A stretch of DNA of 64,000 bases from Eledone cirrhosa (taxonomy: Eukaryota), in assembly GCA_964016885.1 (NCBI GenBank), contig OZ024741.1, positions 37,510,001-37,574,000 of the forward strand. Reading direction: 5' to 3'. Each line of letters opens with the position of its first letter. The first letter of the stretch is position 1. Below, piece after piece: positions 1 to 12,187 of the stretch. The translations under genes and the position numbers were made by a program. The notes under the pieces are model-generated. The model did no database searches. It had not been told where the DNA came from and worked only from the letters and a program-made list of their open reading frames with translations.

Positions 1-114
1 CGATAAAAATCCTGCTTGTCTCATACTAAGCAGTAGCTCATGTGACAATCATCAGTTTAATTAGATAACCTCGGCACCGTGAAAACCAGTGGCTTCGCAT
101 TGATAATTTTAGTC

Positions 115-860
115 TTGTTGACTGCTTCTTTATACCTGGTATATACTTCCCTCACAAGCCATTCATCTACTTTTAGTTTTCTAAGAGTCCACCAGGTAAT
201 GGAACAGAGGACTCAGTCAAAAGCTTCCTTTAGGTCAACAAATGCCAAGTAAGGGGTTTACTTTTAGCAAGGTACTTCTCCTGCAGTTGCCTCACAAGAA
301 AGAGGGCATCAGTGGTACTTTTACCTGGTACAAACCCAAACTGCATCTCATCTAGGTTAACTAGGTTCCTAATCAGCTTTTTCTGTGACCTTCATGGCCT
401 GGTCCATCAACTTGATGCCTCTATAGTCTAGAGCATCTCCTTTGCCCTTGTAGCACTTGACAATGATGTTGCGATGCCACTCATTGAGTATGACTCCATT
501 TTGTATTACTTGGTTTACAATATGGGTGGTTAAGACATGACCTACCATTAGAGATGCTTTCAGCCCCTCGGCAACTATCCCTAAATGTCCAGCTGCCTGT
601 CTTCATGTCCTTAATTGCCTTACTTGCTCTGCTACTACTGACTTGTACAACCGATCCCTCTGTTGGGCCTACTTGGGGAAAACTATCTTCATCCTATGCA
701 TTATCCTCATTCAGTAGTCTTTCATAGTGACACTTTCATACTACTTTCTTTTCAGCATCAGTGAGGGCAAACATGCAATTATCATCTCAGACACACTTAT
801 CAACATCACAATTTTCCCTGACACTGCCTCGCAATCCTGAACATCCCACGCCTTTAGTCA
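115..860 (-). mobile_element. Degenerate RTE-clade LINE fragment (RT N-terminal region)
   Basis: Nucleotide similarity to the 27080-27830 part of the near-intact RTE (e.g. gagggcatcagtggtac...ctggtacaaacccaaa, tggtccatcaac, ttgacaatgatg); no long ORF remains. Confidence 0.85.
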
Positions 861-939
861 TGTCTATATATATACACACATATAGACATGACCAAACATA
901 TATTTATATGTATGCATGTATAGACCTGTAACTACTGAG

Positions 940-1163
940 GGAATTGTAGGGGTGTCATATTGACATATGGTATTTCTAGGGCCTTTGTTTTAAACCTGGC
1001 AGAGCCCATCTCCTCTACAGGTCTGAATACAGCAGATTTCTTCCAGAGAAGGATAGAGTGAGAGAATGAAGTGAGAAAGAAATATAGAGGAAGAATCGAC
1101 CCCAGTACTAGACTGGTGCTTTTTTATCGACCTTAAATGGATGAAAGGCAAAGTTAACCTCGA
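940..1163 (-). mobile_element. Meta-domain SINE variant, 5'-truncated
   Basis: Contains ttttatcgacc...ggatgaaaggcaaagttaacctcg core; its tail matches copies at ~15590-15740 and 30150-30452. Confidence 0.7.
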
Positions 1164-1450
1164 TCTATATATATAGACATAACCAAATATATATTTAAAT
1201 ATATATATAACTATATACACAATCATGTCACTTCAATTTAGGATCTAATAAAAGTGCTAATATCTTTCCTTGAGTGTTTGTAAACATTGTAAATCAAGTG
1301 ACTTACACACACCTTACATGCACATATACGCAGACAGGTAAGAAACACATATATACAAGAATATGTCCTTTTCTATACAGTTACAGACACATTTTCACAC
1401 TTACACACACACACATATGTTGTATGTATTTGTGTATGTGTATACATGTA

Positions 1451-1740
1451 TCATCATCATCATTTTTACGTCCGCTTTTCCCTGCTTGCAAGGGTAGGAC
1501 GGGAACTGATTCTGACTTGATTTCTACAGCTGGATGCCCTTCCTAACACCAACCTCATTTACAGTGAGTGTTGGGTGCTTTTTTGCCGTGGCACTTCCAC
1601 GACCACTTTGCAGTGGAATGATATGGACCCCAGTCCCTATCATCTCATTTCTACAGCTGAGTAAACTGGAGCAATGTGAAATAAAGTGTCTTGCTCAAGG
1701 AAACACTTTATTTCACATTGCTCCAGTTTACTCAGCTGTA
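1451..1740 (-). mobile_element. tRNA-derived CORE-type SINE, truncated, ending in a 38-bp fold-back
   Basis: (CAT)n tail plus body nearly identical to full copies at 10943 and 33071; 1652-1689 is the exact reverse complement of 1703-1740. Confidence 0.85.
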
Positions 1741-2190
1741 TATATATGTATATATATATATGTATGTATATGTATATATATATTATATATATATATACAT
1801 ATATATATATACACACACATATATATATATATATACACACACATAAGATGATGATGATGATAGTATAAATATAATCACCAACAGTAATTTATGGACATGT
1901 AGAGTGACAAGTATATACTTTTATATAAATAGTAACTTAGATTCAAACCAAAATAGACACACACACACACACATATATATATAGCAGCGTAAGCTTTAAA
2001 ATGTACTTCACTGATTCATAAACAGTTTAGTTTAGTTTCAAACATTTAGACAAGCAGACACACAAATATATACCATATAAGGCATACATACTCGGGTGTG
2101 TATTTAATATAGACATATACACATTCAAACACACACACACACATAAAGAAGCAATGTTTCCAAAGATCTTTCTATACATACACACATATA

Positions 2191-2650
2191 TCTATATAAT
2201 AATAAAAGTCTGTGATTGTGTGCTTGTCTGTAATGTAATACACCCAAAACAGTGCATAAGGGCAAAATACTCTGAAAGGAAGTTGCCCCTAAAATGGGAA
2301 TTCAAATGGAATAAAGCAAGTTTTGCATAAATCGGAGCACGGGTTCCCGAGATACGGGATTTTTCCGGGTAGCTTCAAAAATAGAGAGAGAGAGAGAAAG
2401 AGATAGTAGTTTGAGAGAGTAGATTGAAAGAGAGAGAGAGAGAAGGAGACAGAGAAAGAAAATGGAAGTGAGAGAGAGCTAGTGGTGGTGTTGAATGAAA
2501 TTATAACAGGTAACTTCAAAGAATCCAATACAGCATTACTGTATCTAGCTCGAATTTGGTGACGGAATATTAAGTCATATGTATCATATAACTTGTGTTA
2601 GGACAGGATGTGTGTAGCAAATGTTTCCTGCTAAATAGGAAGGGTTTCTA
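2191..2650 (+). mobile_element. Possible non-autonomous Helitron remnant
   Basis: 5' a|TCTATATAATAATAAAAG followed by GT-rich tract, like the Helitron 5' ends at 49356 and 44490; no convincing 3' hairpin/CTAG found. Confidence 0.3.
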
Positions 2651-2675
2651 AGTGTGTGTGTGTATATACATATAT

Positions 2676-3097
2676 AGATGAGGTGATAAAGGTCGTCCTT
2701 ACCCAATTGCACCTTTCAAGGGCAATGATACACGACCGTGACCTCTGGCATCACGCAGTAATACAGAAGACCCGACCCCCCACAGTAACAAGCCGAAGCT
2801 GAAGCATATAGACAATAGCCCCCCCCCCCCCCTACAAAGTGGTGGTGGAGGTGCCATGGCAAAAAAGCACCCAGCCCACACTATAAAGTGGACGTGTAGG
2901 CACCACAGAAAAAAAGCACCCAGCACTCACTGTAAATGAGGTTGGTGTTAGGAAGGGCATCCAACTGTAGAAATCAAGCCAGAATCAGTTCCTGTATGAG
3001 TAAGACATGGTCAGCCAACTGGAAACCGCCCACAACAGGACAACCCATCTAACCCATGCTAACGTTGAAGAACGGACGTAAAACTGATGATGATGAT
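2676..3097 (+). mobile_element. RTE family A 3' end (ORF end, 3'UTR, (GAT)n tail)
   Basis: Matches 25048-25427 and the reverse complement of 25650-26075. Confidence 0.9.
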
Positions 3098-3160
3098 ATA
3101 TATATATACACTCACACACATATATATATATATAATATACACACACACTCATATATATAT

Positions 3161-3856
3161 ATATTGTTATACTTTGGGGGGGTCATGTTGCCAATAAGAA
3201 ACACACACACCAGTTGCTTTCACTTCAATTTATTATAATAAATTTATAAATTTAGGAATTTATAAATTTCCGGTTGGTTGGTTCCACAACCAGATGGTTG
3301 TTTATATATTGTCAAAGTTCTTTCGTCTGTGATTTGTCTAAACATTGCTTCTTTTCTGAAGCAATGTTTAGACAAATCACAGAGGCAATAAACATAAAAG
3401 AATTACAACCAAAATTAAATAGAAAATATGAGTGGAACAGCAACATCACAACTTACAATTAAGGACAAAATGAAAACACACACGCACATAGAACAAACAA
3501 CCAACCTGTAACATGTAAATAAACAAATAAATAAACAAATATAAACACACACAGACACCCGGATGTGGCGCATGCGCAGACTGAGCACACAACACACACA
3601 CAGAAACAAGATGGCGTAGGACAGAACAAAGGAGAGGCACAAAAACAAAGAAAAGAATCCCAGTCACTGAAGAGGTCACAGAGTGTGTGATGAAAGAACT
3701 TTGACAATATATAAACAACCATCTGGTTGTGGAACCAACCAACCGGAAATTTATAAATTCCTAAATTTATAAATTTATTATAATAAATTGAAGTGAAAGC
3801 AACTGGTGCGTGTGTTTCTTAATGGCAACATTACCCCCCCCAAAGTATAACAATAT
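3161..3856 (+). mobile_element. Penelope-like element remnant with inverted pseudo-LTRs
   Basis: ~167-bp inverted arms (3161-3327 / ~3689-3856); inner frame EAMFRQITEAINIKELQPKLNRKYEW resembles the C-terminus of the PLE GIY-YIG endonuclease; HHR motif in the pLTR. Confidence 0.7.
3663..3705 (+). ncRNA. Minimal type I hammerhead ribozyme, partly degenerate
   Basis: GTCA-CTGAAGA-G-GTCACA-gagtg-TGTGAT-GAAA-gaac-TT-TGAC: 4-bp stem I, 6-bp stem II, weak stem III. Confidence 0.55.
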
Positions 3857-3912
3857 CGGTTTCAACACACGTTTTCAGATAAAGAATCTTGCTAAACAAA
3901 TTCAGAAACGAA

Positions 3913-3946
<34 letters not shown>

Positions 3947-3984
3947 ATGTGTATATATATACACACACACACACAGTTACACAC

Positions 3985-4016
<32 letters not shown>

Positions 4017-4018
<2 letters not shown>

Positions 4019-4338
4019 GGTTGGAAGAAGTTTAGGGAGCTGTTTCCTCTGCTGACGAAGAAGGGTTTCTCCCTGCGTACGAAAGGCCGCTTATATGAGG
4101 TGGTATGGACATGTGATGCGCATGGAGGATGACCGATGGGTGAAGAAGTGCCAGGAAATGCCAGTTGAAGGAAGACGTGGTAGAGGTAGACCACGAAAAA
4201 CATGGGTGGAGGTAGTGAGAACAGACCTCAGATCGCTGAAGCTCACGGTGGAGATGACGAAGGACCGTGACAAGTGGAGAGATGCTGTGCTGAATAAGAC
4301 CCGTCCCACCCTTGCAAGCAGGGAAAAGTGGACGTAAA

Positions 4339-4374
<36 letters not shown>
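4017..4374 (+). mobile_element. RTE family B 3' fragment with internal deletion
   Basis: GWKKFRELFPLLTKKGFSLRTKGRLY joined to MRWYGHVMRM...GRGRPRKTW...; (GAT)n tail directly after the stop. Confidence 0.9.
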
Positions 4375-4711
4375 GGCCTTCCAATTTCATTTTACATTAT
4401 ATACATGTCTGTGTATATTTTAATTATTTAGAAATTATTTTTAAGTGAACATGATTTAAAAAAAAAATATTTTTAAGGGAATGTGACCCAACAGATCGCT
4501 TGTGGTCTAGTATAAATATATAGTTCAAGGAAACGACAAAAGAGAGGTACAAAAAGTCTTATTAGTTTAACACCTTATATGGAAAGGGGGAAAGAAAGTT
4601 TGATGTGTTGGGCTTTAGCCCTTCTTCAGGAGTATTGAGGTAAGATCACAAAGGATAGATACAGTAAATAAAAGGTAATCCAAGTAAAAAGAAAACGAAA
4701 ATAAATATATT

Positions 4712-4920
4712 TTTGTTATACTTTGGAAGGTTATGCTGCCAATAAAAACACACGCACCTGTTGGATTTCACTTCAATTTATTATAAACTCTCAGTCAGTT
4801 AGTTTAATAACTGGGTGCTTGTTTAGTTGTTGATTGTCCAAGTGCTTTCATCACACATTCTGTTACCTCCTCAGTCACTACTTTTGTTGTTATTTTGTGT
4901 CTCTCCTTTGTTCTGTCCTA
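4712..4920 (-). mobile_element. pLTR fragment of the same Penelope-like family as 3161-3856
   Basis: ttgttatactttgg...cacttcaatttattata...ctttcatcacacattctgttacctcctcagtcac...cctttgttctgtccta; includes a degenerate HHR core. Confidence 0.65.
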
Positions 4921-4935
4921 CATATATATATATAT

Positions 4936-7870
4936 CATCATCATCATCATCATCATTTAAGAACCATTCTCCTTGCTAGCATGGGTTGGACAAGTCTACA
5001 TAGACCAAGTTAGTACTGAAGCGAGGCCACTGACATCCTAGACAGACCGCTGTCTGTCTGTATCCCACTTACGTACAGTTATTATTGAGTGCTGAGAAGT
5101 TATCGTGCCTTTTGACACAAATTGAAGGATCTTCCTAACCCCTGATTTGGCAAGCTTTCTACGGCTGGATGCCCTTCCTAACACCAACCACTTTACAGCA
5201 TGTACTGGGTGCTTTTATTGTGTAGATCACCAGCACTAGGGAGGGTGTCATGTCCTTGACATAACTAAAAGATTGTCCCACCCTTTGTTTGGTAAGCTTT
5301 ATATGGCTGGATGCCCCTCCTAATACCAACCATTTTACAGCTTGTATTGGGTGCATTTATTGTGTGGATAACCAGCACTAGAGAGGTTGTTGTGCTTTTG
5401 ACTCAGCAGAAATGTCCTCTCAACCCTTTTAGGCATGGTTCCTACAGCGAGGTGCCCTTCCTGTTGCCAACCACTCATACAGAGTGTACCAAGTGCATTT
5501 TCTTGGCACCATCAATGGACAGGTTGTTGGTCATAGACTTAACTGAAAGAGCAATAGGGGAAGGAGATAGGTATTAAGTTATAGGCATTTGTGAGGATGG
5601 GTAGGGGTGGCTGATTAGTGTATAGGGATGTAGTAGTGTGAGGGATGTGGTCAATATGGTGAAAAGATAGGAAAGTGGGTAGTGAGTGGCTAAGAGGTGG
5701 TAATGGGGGTGGACAAGGGTTAGAGAGAGTAGCAACTAGGATGCAATGATGAGGGTAACTAAGGTCTTAAGAAGAGGTAAGAGTTGTTAGTGGGGGTTGA
5801 ACAAGTGTTAGAGAGAGTAACTCCTAGGGTGCAATGGTGAGTATATCTAAAGTCTTTAGAGGGGGGTAGTAGTTAAGGACCACTCCACGTGTAATGGGTG
5901 CAGTTGTGGTGAGGATAGATGATGGGAAGTGCTAGCATTCTCGATCCTTTGTCATCTCAGTTTTGAGGCTTAGTTTCTTAAGGTTGCTCTTCACTACCTC
6001 ACCCCCATGTCTTTCTGGGTCTGTCTTTCCCTCGGGTTCCAGCTATTGGAATAGCTCTGCATTTCTTTATACAGCTACTATACTCCATATGCATCACACG
6101 TCCATACCAATGCAGTCCTCTTTCTTGTACATTACATCCAATTCCTCTTATGCTAAGTTTTCCTCTTAGTTCACTTATGCTATATCATTCATGCACACTA
6201 ACATTACACATCCACCAGAGCATACGTGCTTCATTTCTCTCCAACTTTTGTAGATCTGTGATTAAGACCCTTGTTTCATTGACATGTAGCATTTCAGTTC
6301 ACATACAGGCTTCATACAGTCTACCTTTCACTCTGAACGAGAAGCCCTTTGTTGTCAGGGAAGGTATTAGTTCTCTAAACTTCTTCCAGCCTGTTCTGAT
6401 CCTGGCTATCTCACTTTCAGTACATCCTCCCCCACTGCTAATTGATCGCCTAAGTAACAAACGCTGTCAACAACTTCTAAGGAGCCTCCCTGTCAGCTGA
6501 AGGAATCTATTTCACATGAATTCTTAGTGCTTACTTCTCCTGTGTATCTGCCACATACAAAGTCTGTCTTTTCTGTTAATCTGCCTGCAATCCCACTACA
6601 TGTCTTGTACATTCGTAGATTGCACTGTATGCACCTTATAGAATTTCTGTCCACCCCTTTCTGACATATCAAACAAGGCCATTTCCCTGATGGTATCACC
6701 TGCCTGTCCTCCTTCCTACTTATCACTTTCATCTTTGCTAAGTTTAGTTTTAGGCCTTTCAGCTCTAGGTTCTTCTTCCATGTTTGAAATGTTGTCCTTA
6801 ACTCTCCTACGGATTCAGCTATAAGGATCAGGTCATCGGAATATAAGAGCTACCACAGAGTGTCAGTTTAAAACTCCTCAGTGATGGCCTGAGTACAGGA
6901 CTGAGGACTAAGCCCTGGTGGACATGTACCTGCACTTCAAATTGATCACTGTACTCGCTTCCAACCCTCACCCTGCTAGTTGCTCCTTTATACATAGCCT
7001 GCATGGCCCTCACAAGTCATTCATCTACACCCAGCTTCTTGAGTGCCCACCAGATTACAGAGTGTGGGACCCTGTAAAATACCTTCTCCATATCTACAAA
7101 AGCCAGATACCATGGCTTACTCCTAGCTAAGTACATTTCCTGCAGTTGTCTCACTATAAAGAGGGCATCAATAGTACTCCTGCCTAGCATTAATCCAAAC
7201 AGCATCTCACCTAACTTGATTCTGTTCCTAATTAGTTGTGCTATAACCCTCTCGGCAATTTTCATAGTCTGCTTCATCAACTTGATACCTCTGTAGTTAC
7301 TTCTCTCTTGTGCATCTCCTTTACCCTTGTAGTAATTTACAATGACAGTGCTGCACCACTTATTGGGTATGACCTCTTCCTGTGCTACTTGATTAACTAT
7401 GTGTCTGACTAGTGCATATCCTACCATGCCAAATGCTTTTAGCATCTCAGCAACCATACCAGATGGATCAGCTACCTTCCCTATCTTCATGTCCTTAATT
7501 GCTTTATCTATTACAGTATTGTCAACTTTTATGGTTGGTCCCTCAGTTGTGTCTACATAAGGTAGACTCTTGCTGTCCCATTTATTCTCTTCATTCAGCA
7601 GTCTCTCATAGTAAGTCTTCTATGCTTCCTTCTTTTCAACAACAGATAGGGCAAGTGTTCCATTATTATTTTAAATGCACTTTTCCCCAACCACATCACA
7701 ACCTTCTCTAATACACTGTCTCACAATCTGAAACACTTCATGCCTCTGATCTTTCTTATGCAGAGCATGAACAGATTACTACTTTTCTGCCTCTGACCTT
7801 GCTACGTATTTCTCCCTGTCTCCCCTTTTCCTACAGTCTCTCCAGGCTTGTTTTTTTGTTTTTATGGTTC
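4936..7870 (-). mobile_element. Old degenerate RTE LINE (RT region plus long 3' region and (GAT)n tail)
   Basis: ORF pieces 7017-7490, 6828-7013 and 6493-6732 are homologous to RTE RT, with stops and frameshifts; the 3' part carries ggatgcccttcctaacacc subrepeats. Confidence 0.8.
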
Positions 7871-7942
7871 ATTCTACCTATCTATCTCTCTATTCATATA
7901 TATATATATGAATAGAGAGATAGATAGGTAGAATGAACCATA

Positions 7943-8430
<488 letters not shown>

Positions 8431-8775
8431 CATAGATGAATATATAAATACCTAAATTTGCAGGAACAGACATTGAATCTTAACGACCTTCTCAAATATC
8501 TATTTTCATAATAATGTACACCCATACATACACATACCTACACACAGATAGATGCATGCACACATACACAGTCAAACATATGAAAACAAACACACCCATA
8601 CACATACATGCATACATATACACACATACATAAACGTGCATGCAGATACATGCGTGTATATGCAGACATAGGACACATGGTTTCAGAAAAAAAAAGTTAT
8701 TGATTTGTTTCAGCACATTAATGCAAGATTTCAGCTTAATTCCATTATTGTTGTTGTGACTGTTGTTGTTGTTGC

Positions 8776-8838
<63 letters not shown>

Positions 8839-10019
8839 GATTGTTATTACTATTATTATCATTATTTATTTTATATTATTTTATTATATTTTATTTTATT
8901 TATTTCATTTTGTAAACAACCCTACTACTTTCCTGTTTCCCTATGAAATCACCAGGTTTAGATAAAATATTCAAAATATATGCTATTTGTTATAGCAAAC
9001 AGACCAGGAAAATGTAAATTTGCAAGTTAACTAAATATATATAATACATATTGCTGAAATGCGTGCATTGCATTTTAAAAATGGTAATAATGACCATTTA
9101 GTGAACTGTTGTTTCTTTGTGTTTGCCTTCCTGTCGACCACATCACCTATGCTATGGTTAATGGTTAATGGTTCATGCCTATTGCCTGGGAACTTGTGTG
9201 TGTATGTTGCCTTTTCATTCTCATCCCTCCCATCTCATTATGTTCTTGCATCACCCCCAACTCTATGTCTTCCTCTCTCCCTTCTCTTTCTCACTCTTTT
9301 TCCTTACTCATGCATACATATATACACCACCCTCAGTGGACTATGGAGAGAATAAACCAATGAATCTGATTAGTTTACTGTATGTAACTTGCTTTAAACC
9401 CCTTCAAAATTAGAAGCTGTGAGGAGGGAGCCTGCCCGCCTCCCCCACCAGAATGTTTCAGTTTCAACCATGCATTCAAATATGACATAAGATGGCCGAC
9501 TATTTGCTTATTTACACATGGCGGCTTGGATACCCATGATTGGACAAAAAAAAGGGGAAAAGACTCTGTGTATGTGTGTGCTGATGTACGTGTGTGTGTT
9601 TGCTACATAGCCACATAAAGCTCTCTTTGTCAACTGCTGCCAGATGTTTTCCACTTCAGTTCATCACAGATTAGTAAATTACAACCCTTCAATAAAGAAA
9701 TAGCCAATCACAATATATACTTCCAATAGCTTAAAGCTTTGATTTTACTATTATTATGCTAGGCTATGTTTTTTTTATATGTATATTTATTTGAAAATCC
9801 CTACAAATTATGCTTTTCCTCTCTTCTATTATATGCGATGCTGTGAACTTTGAAATTTATGGTTTGAGGTGAAATTATATTGCTTTTTTATATAGTTGGA
9901 GGCAAGTTATTTCTGAGAGACAGCATTTTTTATTTTTTATATATAGGAAAGGAAAGAAAACTCTCCCCTAAAATGAGTATACTAGATAAAATTTTTGTTT
10001 TCAATATATGATAATGGAA

Positions 10020-10132
10020 GATGTGTGTATGTGTATGTATGTGTTTATATATGTATATATATGTATCTCTCTCTTTCTCTCTCTCTCTATATATATATAA
10101 TGTATATATATATATATGTGTGTGTATATATG

Positions 10133-10163
<31 letters not shown>

Positions 10164-10328
10164 TTATATATATATATGTATATATATATGTATATATATG
10201 TATATATATGTGTGTATATGTATATATGTATATATATATGAATATACATATACATATATATATATATATAAATAAATATATATGTGTGCATGTATAAATG
10301 AATATATGTGTGCATGTATATATAAATA

Positions 10329-10370
<42 letters not shown>

Positions 10371-10374
10371 AATA

Positions 10375-10452
<78 letters not shown>

Positions 10453-10940
10453 AATATATATGTATGTACATATCTATATATATATATAGACATATAAATA
10501 TATATGTATGTACATATCTATATATATATATATATATATATAGACATATATATATATATATGTGTATATATAAATATATGTATGTATATATAAATGTGTG
10601 TATGTATGTATAAATGTGTGTATGTATAAATAAATGTATGTATATATATATAAATGTATGTATATATATATATATATGTGTATGTATGTATATATATACG
10701 TATAAATATGTATGTATATATAAATGTATGTATATATATATATATATATATATATAAATATATATATAAATGTGTATGTATATATAAATGTATGTATGTA
10801 TGTATATATAAATGTGTATATGTATATATAAATGTATGTGTATATATATATGTATGTATATATAAATGTATGTATATATAAAGATATATATGTATATATA
10901 AAGATATGTATGTATATATAAATATATATATGTATGTATA
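10020..10940. repeat. Long compound (TA)n/(TATG)n microsatellite
   Basis: Directly visible; source of the spurious IY/YI-rich ORFs. Confidence 0.95.
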
Positions 10941-10942
10941 TA

Positions 10943-11289
10943 TCATCATCATCATCATCATCATTTTACGTCCGCTTTTCCCTGCATGCAAGGGTGGGAC
11001 GGGAACTGATTCTGGCTTGATATCTACAGCTGGATGCCCTTCCTAACACCAACCTCATTTACAGTGAGTACTGGGTGCTTTTTATAGTGGCGCCTACATG
11101 TCCACTTTACAGTGTGGGCTGGGTGCTTTTTTGCCATGGCACCTCCACAACCACTTTGAAGTGGAAAATAGAGACGCCAGTCCTATCATCTCATTTCTAC
11201 AGGAAACAACACATCACCTGGTCTGAGAATTGAACTCACAACCTTTCGATTGCAAGCCCAATGCTCTTACCACTAAGCCATGTGCCTCC
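10943..11289 (-). mobile_element. tRNA-derived CORE-type SINE with RTE-B tail (part of core deleted)
   Basis: Minus-strand head ggaggcacatggcttagtgg (A box)...gagttcaattc (B box), RTE-like body, (GAT)n tail. Confidence 0.85.
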
Positions 11290-11568
11290 ATGTACGTATG
11301 TATATATGTATGTATATAAATATATGTCTATATATGTATGTATATAAATATATCTATATCTATATATGTATATAGATATGTATATATGAATAAATATATG
11401 TATATACGTATGTATATATGAATATATATATCTATATATGAATACATATATTTATATAAGTTTGTATTTATAATTATATGTGTACATATATATATATTTA
11501 TTAATATATATATATATATTTATACATGTATGTATTTATAAATATATGTGTATATATATATATATATA

Positions 11569-11767
11569 TCATCATCATTTTACGTCCGCTTTTCCCTCTT
11601 TGCAAGGGTGGGACGAGTCCTATTCAGCACAGCATCTCTCCACTTGTCACAGTCCTTTGTCATCTCCACCGTAAGCTTCAGCGATCTGAGATCATGTTTT
11701 TCGTGGTCTACTCTGCTACGTCCTCCTTCAACTGTCATTTCCTGGCACTTCTTCACCCATCGGTCAT
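11569..11767 (-). mobile_element. RTE family B 3' end
   Basis: Reverse complement of ~4128-4345. Confidence 0.85.
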
Positions 11768-11796
11768 CTTATATATATATATATATATATATATAT

Positions 11797-12180
11797 AGAT
11801 GTACAGGGAAATTTGACAGTAGAAGTTGCAGTGATAGACAGATTTTTCAAATGCAGGTAGGATCTATAGAGTTGGTTGATAGCTTCCGATACCTAGGTGA
11901 TCAGATTAGCATGGGAGGTGGGTGTTCCGAGGCCATAGTATGGAAGAATAATTAGGGAGCTGCTTCCTCTGCTGACGAAGAAGGGTTTCTCCCTGCGTAC
12001 GAAAGGACGGTTATATGATGCCTGTGTGAGGAGCGCGATGTTGCATGATAGTGAGACATGAGCAGCAACTGCAGAGGATATGCGACGACTGGAGAGAAAT
12101 GAGGCAAACATGCTCCGTTGGATGTGCAATGTCAATGTGCGTGAACGACTGAGCATGGATGTGTTGAGAGAGAAACTGTG
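11797..12180 (+). mobile_element. RTE family B internal fragment
   Basis: GSIELVDSFRYLGDQISMGGGCSEA and LLTKKGFSLRTKGRLYDACVRSAMLH homology. Confidence 0.85.
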
Positions 12181-12187
12181 TAAGTGA

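Noticed and set aside
4595-4632. Minus-strand CTGAAGA-agggc-taaa-gccc-AACA motif
   Set aside because: Looks like a decayed HHR, but GAAA is mutated and stem I is lost; not called functional
9995-10991. Long IY/YI-rich ORFs (also at 1640, 8048 and 13813)
   Set aside because: Translations of (TA)n microsatellites
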